Sequence record: OQ243221
DNA: 46,604 nucleotides
Direction: 5' to 3' (one strand)
Source: Escherichia phage vB_EcoS-UDF157lw
Part shown: positions 1 to 8,103 of the stretch, one piece after another
Layout of the letters: each line of letters starts with the position of its first letter
Numbering within the stretch: the stretch's first letter is position 1
Notes under the pieces: generated by a model
The model's database searches: none
Seen by the model: only the letters and a program-made list of their open reading frames with translations
Told to the model about the DNA's origin: nothing
Translations under genes and position numbers: made by a program

Positions 1-44
1 TGGATCAAATAGTTGGTTGGTTTTATCGCTCGCGGAGAGACTTC

Positions 45-235
45 TTTATATACGCGTAGTCCGCTGTCTACCGATTGTCGACCGTATCCACATTTACAAT
101 TTATACGCCTTGATACAATCCATATACACTAAAATATCCTTATATATAAAGTACTTAGACTATTATTATTATTATATATAGTATTATGTATATATAGCGT
201 ATCATCTGTACGCTACTATATAGGTTGGTTTGCTT
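45..235. repeat. AT-rich non-coding block homologous to 27079-27270 (direct repeat, diverged)
   Basis: See partner; contains TATACGC-type repeats at 47-54, 101-108, 198-205 (inverted) and an ATTATTATTATTAT tract. Confidence 0.6.
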
Positions 236-435
236 AAATTTCTATTTTTATTCCTACACTGTAGGAATTGTACTACCTTGTAGGAAAATATAAGGGGATA
301 TAGCTAGAACCCCCTCATCTATATGTAGACGCACGTAGACGCCTGTACACACCCAGCAACGATGCGGCATGCAGGGCAAAAAGCGTATCAATTTTAAAAT
401 AAACAAAAAAATACATTTATAGACACGTAAATCTT

Positions 436-459
436 TGCTATAGTCATTTCATCGAAACG
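436..459 (+). promoter_or_regulatory. Extended -10 promoter-like element (TGcTATAGT, 436-444) followed by conserved leader CATCGAAACGA (449-459) upstream of first early gene
   Basis: Read directly: ttTGcTATAGTcatttCATCGAAACGAGG then RBS aacgagagga and ATG at 494. No recognisable -35. Confidence 0.45.
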
Positions 460-493
460 AGGCAACAAACAACAATCAACGAGAGGAATCATC

Positions 494-1036
494 ATGAGCA
501 AAACGACCTTAGGTGAAGTAATTCGATTCATGGCTAAAAAGGCACTCCAGTCAGAAGATAAGGAGTTTAAGGTTCCAGTTCGAGATATTTACCGACAAAT
601 TAGAGGTCATGATTACCCGGAAATGGAGACTGATGATAAAACCGGGGATATTATCAACCTTGGAGAGCGGAAGTTGAGTGAGTTAAAGAACTCATACATT
701 CATAATACATTGTCACGAATGAGAGAGTTGCGTGAGGCTAAGTATATCGCCCGTTATCAATTCATCTGGATTGATGCGGATGGTGAAGATACCACGCCCC
801 GCCAGTATGATGGCGATGGTGCTGATAAATACCTGCTAATCCATCTCACCGAGGGGGTTAAGGAGCCAAAAGCAAAACAAAGAGAGAAAGAAGAAAAGGA
901 GCGGGCTGTTATTGAGAAGTTCAAATCTCGCTTGCTTAAGTTATCACCTAACGTACTGGATTTTGAAGGTGATGAGCTGACTGGCGCAGTTAAGGCTATC
1001 CGCATGTATCAAGAGATGATCAAGGAGTTTAACTAA
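494..1036 (+). CDS. Hypothetical early protein (180 aa), charged/Lys-Glu-rich C-terminal half
   Basis: ORF with GAGAGGA RBS 7 nt upstream; first gene after the AT-rich leader; no motif recognised. Confidence 0.6.
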   Translation: MSKTTLGEVIRFMAKKALQSEDKEFKVPVRDIYRQIRGHDYPEMETDDKTGDIINLGERKLSELKNSYIHNTLSRMRELREAKYIARYQFIWIDADGEDTTPRQYDGDGADKYLLIHLTEGVKEPKAKQREKEEKERAVIEKFKSRLLKLSPNVLDFEGDELTGAVKAIRMYQEMIKEFN

Positions 1037-1596
1037 TGTTTGATTTCGACGAAGATAAGTTAACTGATGACCAGGTGATGGAAGTCGCCAGGCAAGATAA
1101 CCTGCCGCCACTTCGTGTGGCAATCAATACTAATGGATACCGCCAATCATTCAATTTCTGGCCCAGCGCCGAAGAGATGCTGTGCGTCAAGTTGAGCTAC
1201 AAATACGGCGTCGTAGTGAGCATGATTAGACGCCAGGGCTGGAATGGAGTGGTTGGCATTCGATCTCTATACGAGGCAATCCGAAAGGTCCAGCCATTCG
1301 TCTGGCGCGAAGGGATTATGCATGACCTGACAAATAACATCATCCCAGAACTACAGGAGGCGGGAATTGTTTGCCTCATTGGCGATAAGATTTATGTTCA
1401 TCCGGCCCTGGTTGAGATGGATAAGGACGACGTGCAAAACTGGTGCAGTCAGTGCCGATCCGACGCGCCACGCTCAAACTACGTGCCACCGCAAACAACA
1501 ATCCATGGCTATGATGCCGATGAGGTGGAGAAGGCCATACAGTTCTACCGGAAAGCGAAAGCTCTCCTGAATGGTGAATATAGCACAAATTGCTAA
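1036..1596 (+). CDS. Truncated paralogue of the replication P-loop ATPase (N- and C-terminal domains only, 186 aa)
   Basis: Start overlaps previous stop (TAATG). N-terminus MFDFDEDKLTDDQVMEVARQDNLPPLRVAINTNGYRQS matches N-terminus of the 42577-44160 minus-strand protein; C-terminal GVVGIRSLYEAIRKVQPF...CLIGDKIYVHP matches its C-terminus; the ATPase core is absent. Confidence 0.7.
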   Translation: MFDFDEDKLTDDQVMEVARQDNLPPLRVAINTNGYRQSFNFWPSAEEMLCVKLSYKYGVVVSMIRRQGWNGVVGIRSLYEAIRKVQPFVWREGIMHDLTNNIIPELQEAGIVCLIGDKIYVHPALVEMDKDDVQNWCSQCRSDAPRSNYVPPQTTIHGYDADEVEKAIQFYRKAKALLNGEYSTNC

Positions 1597-1623
1597 ACAA
1601 TAAATTGGGTAGTCAGCTATGAT
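1581..1623 (+). promoter_or_regulatory. Composite promoter-like element: TAGCACaaaTTGCTAAA, 22 nt, TATGAT
   Basis: Palindrome TAGCA-N5-TGCTA overlapping the stop of the upstream gene; -10-like hexamer 22 nt downstream; leader ...AAACGAGAGGA before ATG 1655. Confidence 0.5.
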
Positions 1624-1654
1624 TACCCTATCAACCAAACGAGAGGAATAAAAG

Positions 1655-1888
1655 ATGATCTTAATTAACCTATCTGAAAGGCAAGCCAAAGAGATTAAAG
1701 CAGTACTGATGCATTGCATTAACCGAAAGCTATTTAGCTCGTCAGAATCGCTTACAGAGGTTGTAAATCAGATTCGAAATCAGGAGTTTGAAGATATACT
1801 GCCGTGGGAAGAGGACTTGGCCTGGCTTGAGTACGAGCAGGTTTGCACGGCACTATCAGGCTGCCAACTGGCTAGCCAATACAAGTGA
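1655..1888 (+). CDS. Hypothetical protein (77 aa)
   Basis: ORF with RBS aacgagagga; preceded by composite promoter element. Confidence 0.5.
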   Translation: MILINLSERQAKEIKAVLMHCINRKLFSSSESLTEVVNQIRNQEFEDILPWEEDLAWLEYEQVCTALSGCQLASQYK

Positions 1889-2006
1889 CAATCTACGAAC
1901 ACACGTTCAGCAGCAGGGGTATCGATATGCTCTTGCATTACGTAGACGAGAGATACGCCATGTTAATGCAGAAGACGCATGGCGGCACTATAAAGAGGGT
2001 TGAGAT

Positions 2007-2123
2007 ATGTACTACTATATAATTCCTGTTGAAGATTTGATTCGTGATTACAGTCACGGCTACATTGCTGTATGCGACGCTGATACAATGACTGCATATG
2101 TTGACTTTGATTTTGAGGATTGA
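2007..2123 (+). CDS. Small hypothetical protein (38 aa)
   Basis: Hand-translated ORF MYYYIIPVEDLIRDYSHGYIAVCDADTMTAYVDFDFED; RBS agaggg-ttgagat-ATG nearly identical to the RBS context of the next gene. Confidence 0.3.
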   Translation: MYYYIIPVEDLIRDYSHGYIAVCDADTMTAYVDFDFED

Positions 2124-2126
2124 GAT

Positions 2127-2426
2127 ATGAGTAAGTACGAAAAAGAGATTATTGGCCTGGACGGCACCAAGACTACGGTTGATGTATATCGCGTCATCGC
2201 AGCATTTGGCGTAACGGACCCGGCACTACAGCATGCCATCAAAAAGGTACTGTGCAGCGGCATTCGAACACGACATAAGGATTACCCTACCGACATCAAT
2301 GAGGCCATTGTATCGCTTCAGAAGGCCATAGAATTCCATGATCAAAGGGGCGCACATGTCCAGGAACTTATAGACAAGTATCGCAACGGACCTAAACATT
2401 ATCTTGATAGCTGGAGCAACAAATAG
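2127..2426 (+). CDS. Hypothetical protein (99 aa)
   Basis: ORF with RBS gagga 8 nt upstream; the stop codon is the TAG of the downstream TAGCAC motif. Confidence 0.55.
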   Translation: MSKYEKEIIGLDGTKTTVDVYRVIAAFGVTDPALQHAIKKVLCSGIRTRHKDYPTDINEAIVSLQKAIEFHDQRGAHVQELIDKYRNGPKHYLDSWSNK

Positions 2427-2466
2427 CACAAATTGCTAAACATCCATCGCAAGGATGCGTTACCAT
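2424..2466 (+). promoter_or_regulatory. Composite promoter-like element: TAGCACaaaTTGCTAAA, 22 nt, TACCAT (weak -10)
   Basis: Same architecture; spacer holds inverted repeat CATCC...GGATG; leader TATCGAAATGAGACGAGG. Confidence 0.4.
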
Positions 2467-2498
2467 TACTTTATCGAAATGAGACGAGGAAAGATTAA

Positions 2499-2627
2499 AT
2501 GTGTGGATATGATGAGTTGCCAAGTGAATGGTGTAAAAAGATGATGGATGAGGCTAAAGATGGGGATGAAGTAATGGCGTACTTTGAGTTGATGAACATG
2601 TGGCATGAGCGCGAGGAGAAGAAATGA
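2499..2627 (+). CDS. Small hypothetical protein (42 aa)
   Basis: ORF MCGYDELPSEWCKKMMDEAKDGDEVMAYFELMNMWHEREEKK with RBS cgagga; stop overlaps next start (ATGA). Confidence 0.3.
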   Translation: MCGYDELPSEWCKKMMDEAKDGDEVMAYFELMNMWHEREEKK

Positions 2628-2917
2628 AGATTTACGTATTCACTGGCAACTTATTGGCAGCCAACGATTCTGAAGGTGGTGACGGCAAGCGAGCAATTCA
2701 CATGGGGAGTAAGAAACAAACAATGAGGCGCATATCTATTGATGAAGCAATTAAAATTGGTAGCTTCGTTTGCTTGTGGGTATGTGATGGTGAGCTTCAA
2801 GCGGAACAGGTTAGGAATGGTTACGTATATACTGGATATGATGAATATGACGATGAGAGAGAATTGTTTCAGCCTGCATTTTATCTCGACGCTGAATTTT
2901 ACATCGCTGGAGAATAA
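2624..2917 (+). CDS. Hypothetical protein (97 aa)
   Basis: ORF in track; translationally coupled to the upstream small ORF. Confidence 0.5.
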   Translation: MKIYVFTGNLLAANDSEGGDGKRAIHMGSKKQTMRRISIDEAIKIGSFVCLWVCDGELQAEQVRNGYVYTGYDEYDDERELFQPAFYLDAEFYIAGE

Positions 2918-2920
2918 CCC

Positions 2921-3055
2921 ATGATATGGATTCACACGTACTACACTGGCAAGTTCAATAGCGTAATGCACAAACGAATGTATGACAGCTATGAATCAGC
3001 AAAGGCACAGCAGGCAGTCCTAGGTGGCGATATTCAATCTTACAAGAAGGCTTAA
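2921..3055 (+). CDS. Small hypothetical protein (44 aa)
   Basis: Hand-translated ORF MIWIHTYYTGKFNSVMHKRMYDSYESAKAQQAVLGGDIQSYKKA; ends 2 nt before the next ATG. Confidence 0.3.
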   Translation: MIWIHTYYTGKFNSVMHKRMYDSYESAKAQQAVLGGDIQSYKKA

Positions 3056-3057
3056 TC

Positions 3058-3297
3058 ATGTTCGGACTTACTCAACCACAATTTAATGCAGTTCGCGCCC
3101 AAGCTAAGAAACTTAACGAGGCAGTGGATAAGCTGACAAGCAAGCAGAAGCAGGATAATGACATCATGAAGGCGATTATCTGTGAGTTTCATAGCCCAGT
3201 CAGTACAATCATCGAGAAGATGAAGTTTGTTTGGGTTGCAGGCTATCTTGCTGGTCGCGTAGGTAAGCGTGAAGATGGGGAGCAGATTTATGACTAA
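3058..3297 (+). CDS. Hypothetical protein (79 aa)
   Basis: ORF in track; tightly packed with flanking genes. Confidence 0.5.
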   Translation: MFGLTQPQFNAVRAQAKKLNEAVDKLTSKQKQDNDIMKAIICEFHSPVSTIIEKMKFVWVAGYLAGRVGKREDGEQIYD

Positions 3298-3484
3298 ATC
3301 ACTAGGGAAAGTCAGATGCATTGTGTCTTACAATGATAAGAAGTTCAAAACTGGTAAATCTTACAGCATTTTGTCATCACCCGCATATGGTTGGGTTAAA
3401 TGTGAGTCAGAAGATGGGTGTATAGAGATGGTTAAAGATGGCAATGACATTGAGTTTGGTTACTTTGAGGTATTTTATGACTGA
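3290..3484 (+). CDS. Hypothetical protein (64 aa; start moved to internal ATG)
   Basis: ATG at 3290 overlaps the upstream stop (ATGACTAA); the track start at 3269 would overlap 29 nt. Confidence 0.45.
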   Translation: MTKSLGKVRCIVSYNDKKFKTGKSYSILSSPAYGWVKCESEDGCIEMVKDGNDIEFGYFEVFYD

Positions 3485-3541
3485 GCTATCAATCTGGTTC
3501 CTGGCTGGCATGTTGACGTGGATTTATTTCGTCGTCATGGC

Positions 3542-3570
3542 TTGACGAAAATGTTAAAAGTGGTTAGTAT
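3542..3570 (+). promoter_or_regulatory. Candidate sigma70-type promoter (TTGACG, 17 nt, TAGTAT) upstream of the tRNA region
   Basis: Hexamers and 17-nt spacing read directly; lies in a 286-bp non-coding gap. Confidence 0.3.
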
Positions 3571-3770
3571 TAACCACGTAGACGGCAATGACCGTAACGC
3601 TCATCGCGGAGATGCAAGCCGATAGCCGGGCTGGATAAAGATACGAGGCAAATAAAACCGCAGTTAGACATTGAGTGCTTAGCATAGCGCACGCCTTAAT
3701 GCAGTAAGTCGGACTTGACCTTCCGAGGATTGTGAAACCTCCCCGCATTCGGTAAGCGGGACTCATTCTA

Positions 3771-3846
3771 GTTCTGCTGGCGTAACAGGATAACGCAGAG
3801 ACCTCCTAAGTCTCAGTTACTGGTTCGAGTCCAGTGCGGAACACCA
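3771..3846 (+). tRNA. tRNA-Arg (anticodon CCU, reads AGG)
   Basis: Hand-folded cloverleaf: acceptor GTTCTGC/GCGGAAC (one G-U), D-arm GCGT/ACGC with GG in loop, anticodon stem GAGAC/GTCTC with loop CTCCTAA (U33, CCT, A37), T-arm ACTGG-TTCGAGT-CCAGT, discriminator A, encoded CCA. Confidence 0.85.
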
Positions 3847-3862
3847 AGCATGGAGCATCCTA

Positions 3863-4048
3863 GTGAATAACTACGAAGTCCGTTTAACTTCCCGCCTAAT
3901 GGGTCGGCAATGCAAATCTTGCCAGCAATCCTACGAAGGTAGGTTCATTGCTAAAAGCCCTGAAGAAGCAGTTGCAGCCGCAAAGGCAGCATTTAATATT
4001 GACCTGACAGTTCACAAGGTCAGCGTTGATAAAGTATCCCTCGTTTGA
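3863..4048 (+). CDS. Hypothetical protein (61 aa, GTG start)
   Basis: ORF in track; GGAG 7 nt upstream of GTG; followed by a strong terminator. Confidence 0.35.
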   Translation: MNNYEVRLTSRLMGRQCKSCQQSYEGRFIAKSPEEAVAAAKAAFNIDLTVHKVSVDKVSLV

Positions 4049-4076
4049 GATTGGTCATCTCGCAATGCAGTACTTT

Positions 4077-4100
4077 GCCCTCCTTGTGAGGGCTTTTTTT
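4077..4100 (+). terminator. Rho-independent terminator
   Basis: GCCCTC-cttgt-GAGGGC hairpin followed by TTTTTTT. Confidence 0.7.
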
Positions 4101-4147
4101 CGTCCATAGTCATGGTACAATGACTTTTAAAACAGGAGGAATATCAA

Positions 4148-4663
4148 ATGTCAGAAGAGAAAAAGATTCACCAGAAGATTGGCAACTTCAAGGAGCTATA
4201 CAATAAGAAGTATGGCGACATTGCCAATCTAAAGATTAACCACAGGTACACTCCTGAGCAGGTATTCGACATGGCCGTAAGGTATTTCAGCTGGGCTGAA
4301 GAGCAAGCGATTAAGGCCATTGAAACGGCGAGCTTTCAGGGTGTTGTAACGGAAAACCTTGTTCATAAGCCACGAATATTTACGATAACTGGATTCCAAC
4401 TTTTCTGCGGCGTTGGTCATAATGCCATCAGTAAATGGCGCTCTTCGCCTGGATTTGATGAGGTGATGGAGTTTGTGGATTCGGTAATCTTTGAGCAGAA
4501 GTATCAGCTTGGCGTTAACAACATCATCAACCCTGGACTGATTGGCAAAGACCTTGGCATCGATAAGCCGCAAGAGGTTAACATCAACAACGCTTCTAAT
4601 GCGGCAGTGAACGATGAAGAAGCGATCAAGGCTGCTCTCGAATCAGTAATTGATAAGCTATAG
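4148..4663 (+). CDS. Putative terminase small subunit (171 aa)
   Basis: Position immediately upstream of the terminase large subunit; strong RBS aggagga; own promoter-like region after terminator. Assignment is positional. Confidence 0.5.
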   Translation: MSEEKKIHQKIGNFKELYNKKYGDIANLKINHRYTPEQVFDMAVRYFSWAEEQAIKAIETASFQGVVTENLVHKPRIFTITGFQLFCGVGHNAISKWRSSPGFDEVMEFVDSVIFEQKYQLGVNNIINPGLIGKDLGIDKPQEVNINNASNAAVNDEEAIKAALESVIDKL

Positions 4664-4703
4664 CACTAATTGTCAAAACTCATGGATGAGTTATTGATAT
4701 CAT
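4661..4703 (+). promoter_or_regulatory. Composite promoter-like element: TAGCACtaaTTGTCAAA, 22 nt, TATCAT
   Basis: Motif overlaps terS stop; spacer contains inverted repeat CTCAT..ATGAG; precedes HNH gene. Confidence 0.45.
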
Positions 4704-4728
4704 CATTTAATCAATGTTAGGAGGGTTT

Positions 4729-5217
4729 ATGAATTGGCATGATGAATTTGATTATGATGATGGGCTGCTTTACTGGAAGTGCAGCTTAAAAAATGGCTCA
4801 AGAAAGAAAGGCCACGTTGCTGGTAATATTGACGCAAGCGAAGGTTATGTGAACATAAATTTAAAGACTGGAAAGGTTAAAGCTCACCGTGTTATATGGG
4901 AGATGTTTAACGGTAAAATACCTGACGGAATGGAAATTGACCACATCAACCATGACAGAAGCGACAACAGAATTGATAACTTGAGAATGGTTACTAGGTC
5001 AGAGAACCAAAAGAATAAGAGTAGGTTCAAGAACAACACTTCAGGAATATCAGGTGTAACATGGTGTAGTCGCCATTGCAAATGGAGGGCCAGAATCATG
5101 ATTAACGGAAAGTCAAAGAATCTAGGTAGATTTGACACAATAGAAGCTGCGGCAAAGGCTCGCTCAGACGCTGTAGACGCTCTCGGTTTTCACAAGAATC
5201 ACGGAGATAGAAATTAA
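4729..5217 (+). CDS. HNH homing-type endonuclease with AP2-like DNA-binding domain (162 aa)
   Basis: Motifs EIDHINHDRSDNRIDNLRMVTRSENQ (HNH) and GVTW...KWRARI...LGRF (AP2-like). Start moved to ATG 4729, which follows RBS taggaggg. Confidence 0.8.
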   Translation: MNWHDEFDYDDGLLYWKCSLKNGSRKKGHVAGNIDASEGYVNINLKTGKVKAHRVIWEMFNGKIPDGMEIDHINHDRSDNRIDNLRMVTRSENQKNKSRFKNNTSGISGVTWCSRHCKWRARIMINGKSKNLGRFDTIEAAAKARSDAVDALGFHKNHGDRN

Positions 5218-6779
5218 TGATTATATGGGATGAATTAACCAATCAGGAGAGGCTGGCCATTAAGGCAATTTCAGAGCACAGCTTCGAAGGGTTCTTGCGC
5301 TGCTGGTTCTCAATCACTCAGGGGCAGAAGTTCATTATGAACTGGCATGCGAAATACCTTTGCCGGATTGTTGATGAGATTATTGAGGGCAAAAGGAAGA
5401 ACACGATAATCAACGTTGCTCCTGGCGCCTCTAAAACGGAGCTGTTCAGCATCCACTTTCCTGTATATAGCATGATAAAGCTGGGCAAGGTAAGGAATCT
5501 AAACCTTAGCTTTGCCGACACGCTGGTTAAGAGGAACTCAAAGAGAGTCAGGGATTTGATTAGTTCAAGTGAGTTTCAGAGTTTATGGCCTTGCAAGTTC
5601 GGAACATCAAGGGATGATGAGATACAGGTACTTGATGATTCCGGTAGGGTAAGGTTTGAGTCAATATCCAAGGCTATGGGGTCACAGATTACTGGTAGTC
5701 GTGGTGGTTATATTACCGACTCATATAGCGGGTGTATTATGTTGGATGATTGCGAGAAACCCGCAGATATGTTTAGTAAGGTTAAGCGCGAGTCCGTACA
5801 TACAACTCTAACAAACACAGTTCGCTCTCGTAGGGCTAGCTCAGTAAAAGGTAAGGAAACTCCTGTAATATCTATTCAGCAGCGATTACATGTTAATGAT
5901 GCAACGTGGTTGATGAAAGAGGGCGGCATGGGCATGGAATTTGACGTGATTAAGATTCCAGCTTTAGTTACGGAGGAATACGCCAACGAGCTTCCTGATT
6001 GGATTCGTGATCAGTTTTGTAAGGATGTTCTCTCATCTGAATACATAGAGCGAGATGGTGTTAAATACTATAGCTACTTCCCGCAAAAGGAGTCAGTTCA
6101 TGACATAATGAAGCTATGGGATCAAGATAGCTACACCTTCATGAGTCAGTATCTTCAAGAGCCAGTAGCCTTAGGCGGAAACCTGATTAACGTAGATTGG
6201 TTTGTTCGTCTTGACGAGAACAATAGGCCGCCAGTCAAGTATGACTACCGTTTCATTACGGCTGATACTGCCATGACTACTAAGAGTTATAGTGACTACT
6301 CAGTATTCCAGCTATGGGGGCGCAAAGATAACAGGCTTTATCTTCTGGATATGGTAAGGGGTAAATGGGAAGCACCTGAACTTGAGCAAACTCTTCTGGA
6401 CTTTGAGAGTAAGCATAGAGCAGCTAGTAAGACAGATGGTATATTGCGCAAGGTTATTATCGAGAAGAAAGCGTCTGGAATAGGACTTATCCAGTCGGCG
6501 GGTCGGGTAATGCGAACTCCTATCGAGCCTTTCGTTCCAGATACAGATAAGTTAACCAGGGTGATGAGCGCACTGCCACAGATTAAAGCTGGTAACGTAG
6601 TTCTGCCTGACTCTGCGCCATGGCTTACCTCGCTATTAACCGAGTTCTCGGCGTTCACTGCTGACGATTCTCATCCCCATGATGACATTGTGGATACGAC
6701 AACAATGGCCATCAACTGTGAATTGAACTTGAGTGACGATCCGAGAGCCCGCTTAATGAGGCTAGCTGGAGTTAAGTAA
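5217..6779 (+). CDS. Terminase large subunit (520 aa)
   Basis: Size, position before portal, deviant Walker A (APGASKTE) and acidic nuclease-like C-terminal half; start overlaps HNH stop (TAATG). Confidence 0.8.
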   Translation: MIIWDELTNQERLAIKAISEHSFEGFLRCWFSITQGQKFIMNWHAKYLCRIVDEIIEGKRKNTIINVAPGASKTELFSIHFPVYSMIKLGKVRNLNLSFADTLVKRNSKRVRDLISSSEFQSLWPCKFGTSRDDEIQVLDDSGRVRFESISKAMGSQITGSRGGYITDSYSGCIMLDDCEKPADMFSKVKRESVHTTLTNTVRSRRASSVKGKETPVISIQQRLHVNDATWLMKEGGMGMEFDVIKIPALVTEEYANELPDWIRDQFCKDVLSSEYIERDGVKYYSYFPQKESVHDIMKLWDQDSYTFMSQYLQEPVALGGNLINVDWFVRLDENNRPPVKYDYRFITADTAMTTKSYSDYSVFQLWGRKDNRLYLLDMVRGKWEAPELEQTLLDFESKHRAASKTDGILRKVIIEKKASGIGLIQSAGRVMRTPIEPFVPDTDKLTRVMSALPQIKAGNVVLPDSAPWLTSLLTEFSAFTADDSHPHDDIVDTTTMAINCELNLSDDPRARLMRLAGVK

Positions 6780-6791
6780 TCATGATAAACT

Positions 6792-6817
6792 GCCCCTTAC
6801 TCAGGGGCTTTTTTATT
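6792..6817 (+). terminator. Rho-independent terminator between terL and portal
   Basis: GCCCCT-tactc-AGGGGC hairpin followed by TTTTTTATT. Confidence 0.65.
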
Positions 6818-6828
6818 GGAGAAATTAC

Positions 6829-8103
6829 ATGGTAAAAGCAGACAGCTACGCAAACATCTTTCTTAGCGGGAGTGATGGTAGTGAGGTTTACGGAAAGTTT
6901 GGCAGCCTTGGCCTAACAGCGCCAGCGCAGCTTGAGCAACTTTACGTCAGCAGCGCTCTGGTTCGTCGAATTATTGATATCGTTCCAGAGGTCGCACTTG
7001 GCGCAGGCTTTAGTATTGAAGGTATCGACGACGAAGGTGCTTTCTGGTCGCGATGGGATGATTTAGGCCTTTCAGATAACGTAATCGACGCACTAGCCTG
7101 GGCGAGACTATACGGTGGCGCTGCTGTAGTGGCAATTGTGAAGGATGGAAGGGCGCTAACCAGCCCGGTTCGTGAAGGTGCGGAGCTTGAAACGGTTCGT
7201 GTGTACGACCGGCAGCAAATTAAGGTCCAGACTCGCGAGGAGAATCCACGTAACGCGCGTTTTGGTAAGCCATTAACTTACCGCATCACACCAAACGGGT
7301 CGGCAACGTTCTACGATGTGCACTATACACGCTGTCACATCATTGATGGCGAGCGAGTACCTAACAACCTGCGTCGTAATAACGATGGCTGGGGCGCAAG
7401 CGTACTAACTGGTGACTTAATTGACGCGATTGACGACTATCAGAACTGTGAGCGACTGGCTACTCAGTTACTTCGTCGTAAACAGCAGGCGGTGTGGAAA
7501 GCAAAAGGCCTTGCTGACTTATGTGATGATTCAGATGGATTTGGAGCAGCTCGTTTACGTCTGGCTCAGGTGGATAATAACAGTGGCGTTGGTCAGGCTA
7601 TCGGGATTGACGCGGATAGTGAAGAGTACAACGTTCTCAACTCAGATATTGGCGGTATTGATACATTTCTGAGTCAGAAGTTCGATCGAATCGTTGCTCT
7701 GAGCGGTATTCATGAGATTATCCTTAAGGGTAAGAATGTTGGTGGTGTGTCAGCAAGCCAGAACACTGCTCTAGAGACTTTCTACGGTTATGTTGACCGT
7801 AAGCGCAAGGCTGAATTATTGCCTCTGCTTGAGTTCCTGCTGCCGTTCATCGTAACCGAGCAAGAGTGGTCAGTAGAATTTAACCCTCTATCGCAGGTTA
7901 GTGACAAGGATAAATCTGAGATTCTTGAGAAGAATGTTAACTCAGTTGCTGCATTGATTGCAGCTGGAATCATTGACGCAGACGAAGCAAGAGATACGTT
8001 GCGCGCAATTTCAACTGAGGTTAAGATTGGTGAAGGCTCAATTCAAACGGAGGTTGTAATTAATGAATCAGAAGACCCGCTGGATGTATCCGCAAATAAT
8101 TGA
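6829..8103 (+). CDS. Portal protein (424 aa)
   Basis: Size and position directly downstream of terL and upstream of the minor head protein; no catalytic motif expected. Confidence 0.7.
   Translation: MVKADSYANIFLSGSDGSEVYGKFGSLGLTAPAQLEQLYVSSALVRRIIDIVPEVALGAGFSIEGIDDEGAFWSRWDDLGLSDNVIDALAWARLYGGAAVVAIVKDGRALTSPVREGAELETVRVYDRQQIKVQTREENPRNARFGKPLTYRITPNGSATFYDVHYTRCHIIDGERVPNNLRRNNDGWGASVLTGDLIDAIDDYQNCERLATQLLRRKQQAVWKAKGLADLCDDSDGFGAARLRLAQVDNNSGVGQAIGIDADSEEYNVLNSDIGGIDTFLSQKFDRIVALSGIHEIILKGKNVGGVSASQNTALETFYGYVDRKRKAELLPLLEFLLPFIVTEQEWSVEFNPLSQVSDKDKSEILEKNVNSVAALIAAGIIDADEARDTLRAISTEVKIGEGSIQTEVVINESEDPLDVSANN

Noticed and set aside
757-1005. Minus-strand 82-aa ORF inside the first early gene
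   Set aside because: Fully embedded antisense to a gene with a proper RBS; no RBS or promoter element of its own; typical spurious antisense ORF.
1590-1595. Reading the TTGCTA of the repeated motif as a sigma70 -35 hexamer
   Set aside because: Distance to the -10-like hexamer is consistently 21-23 nt rather than 16-18, so it cannot act as a canonical -35; treated as an upstream regulator site.
1788-2003. 71-aa ORF overlapping the end of the 1655-1888 gene
   Set aside because: Arg-rich translation with no RBS; smaller ORFs with proper RBS (2007-2123) fit the region better.
3554-3766. Minus-strand 70-aa ORF in the non-coding region upstream of the tRNA
   Set aside because: No RBS, and it overlaps the candidate promoter/leader region; considered non-coding.
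3590-3770. Possible second tRNA upstream of tRNA-Arg
   Set aside because: Several small hairpins exist, but none assembles into a cloverleaf with a 7-nt T-loop and matching acceptor stem.
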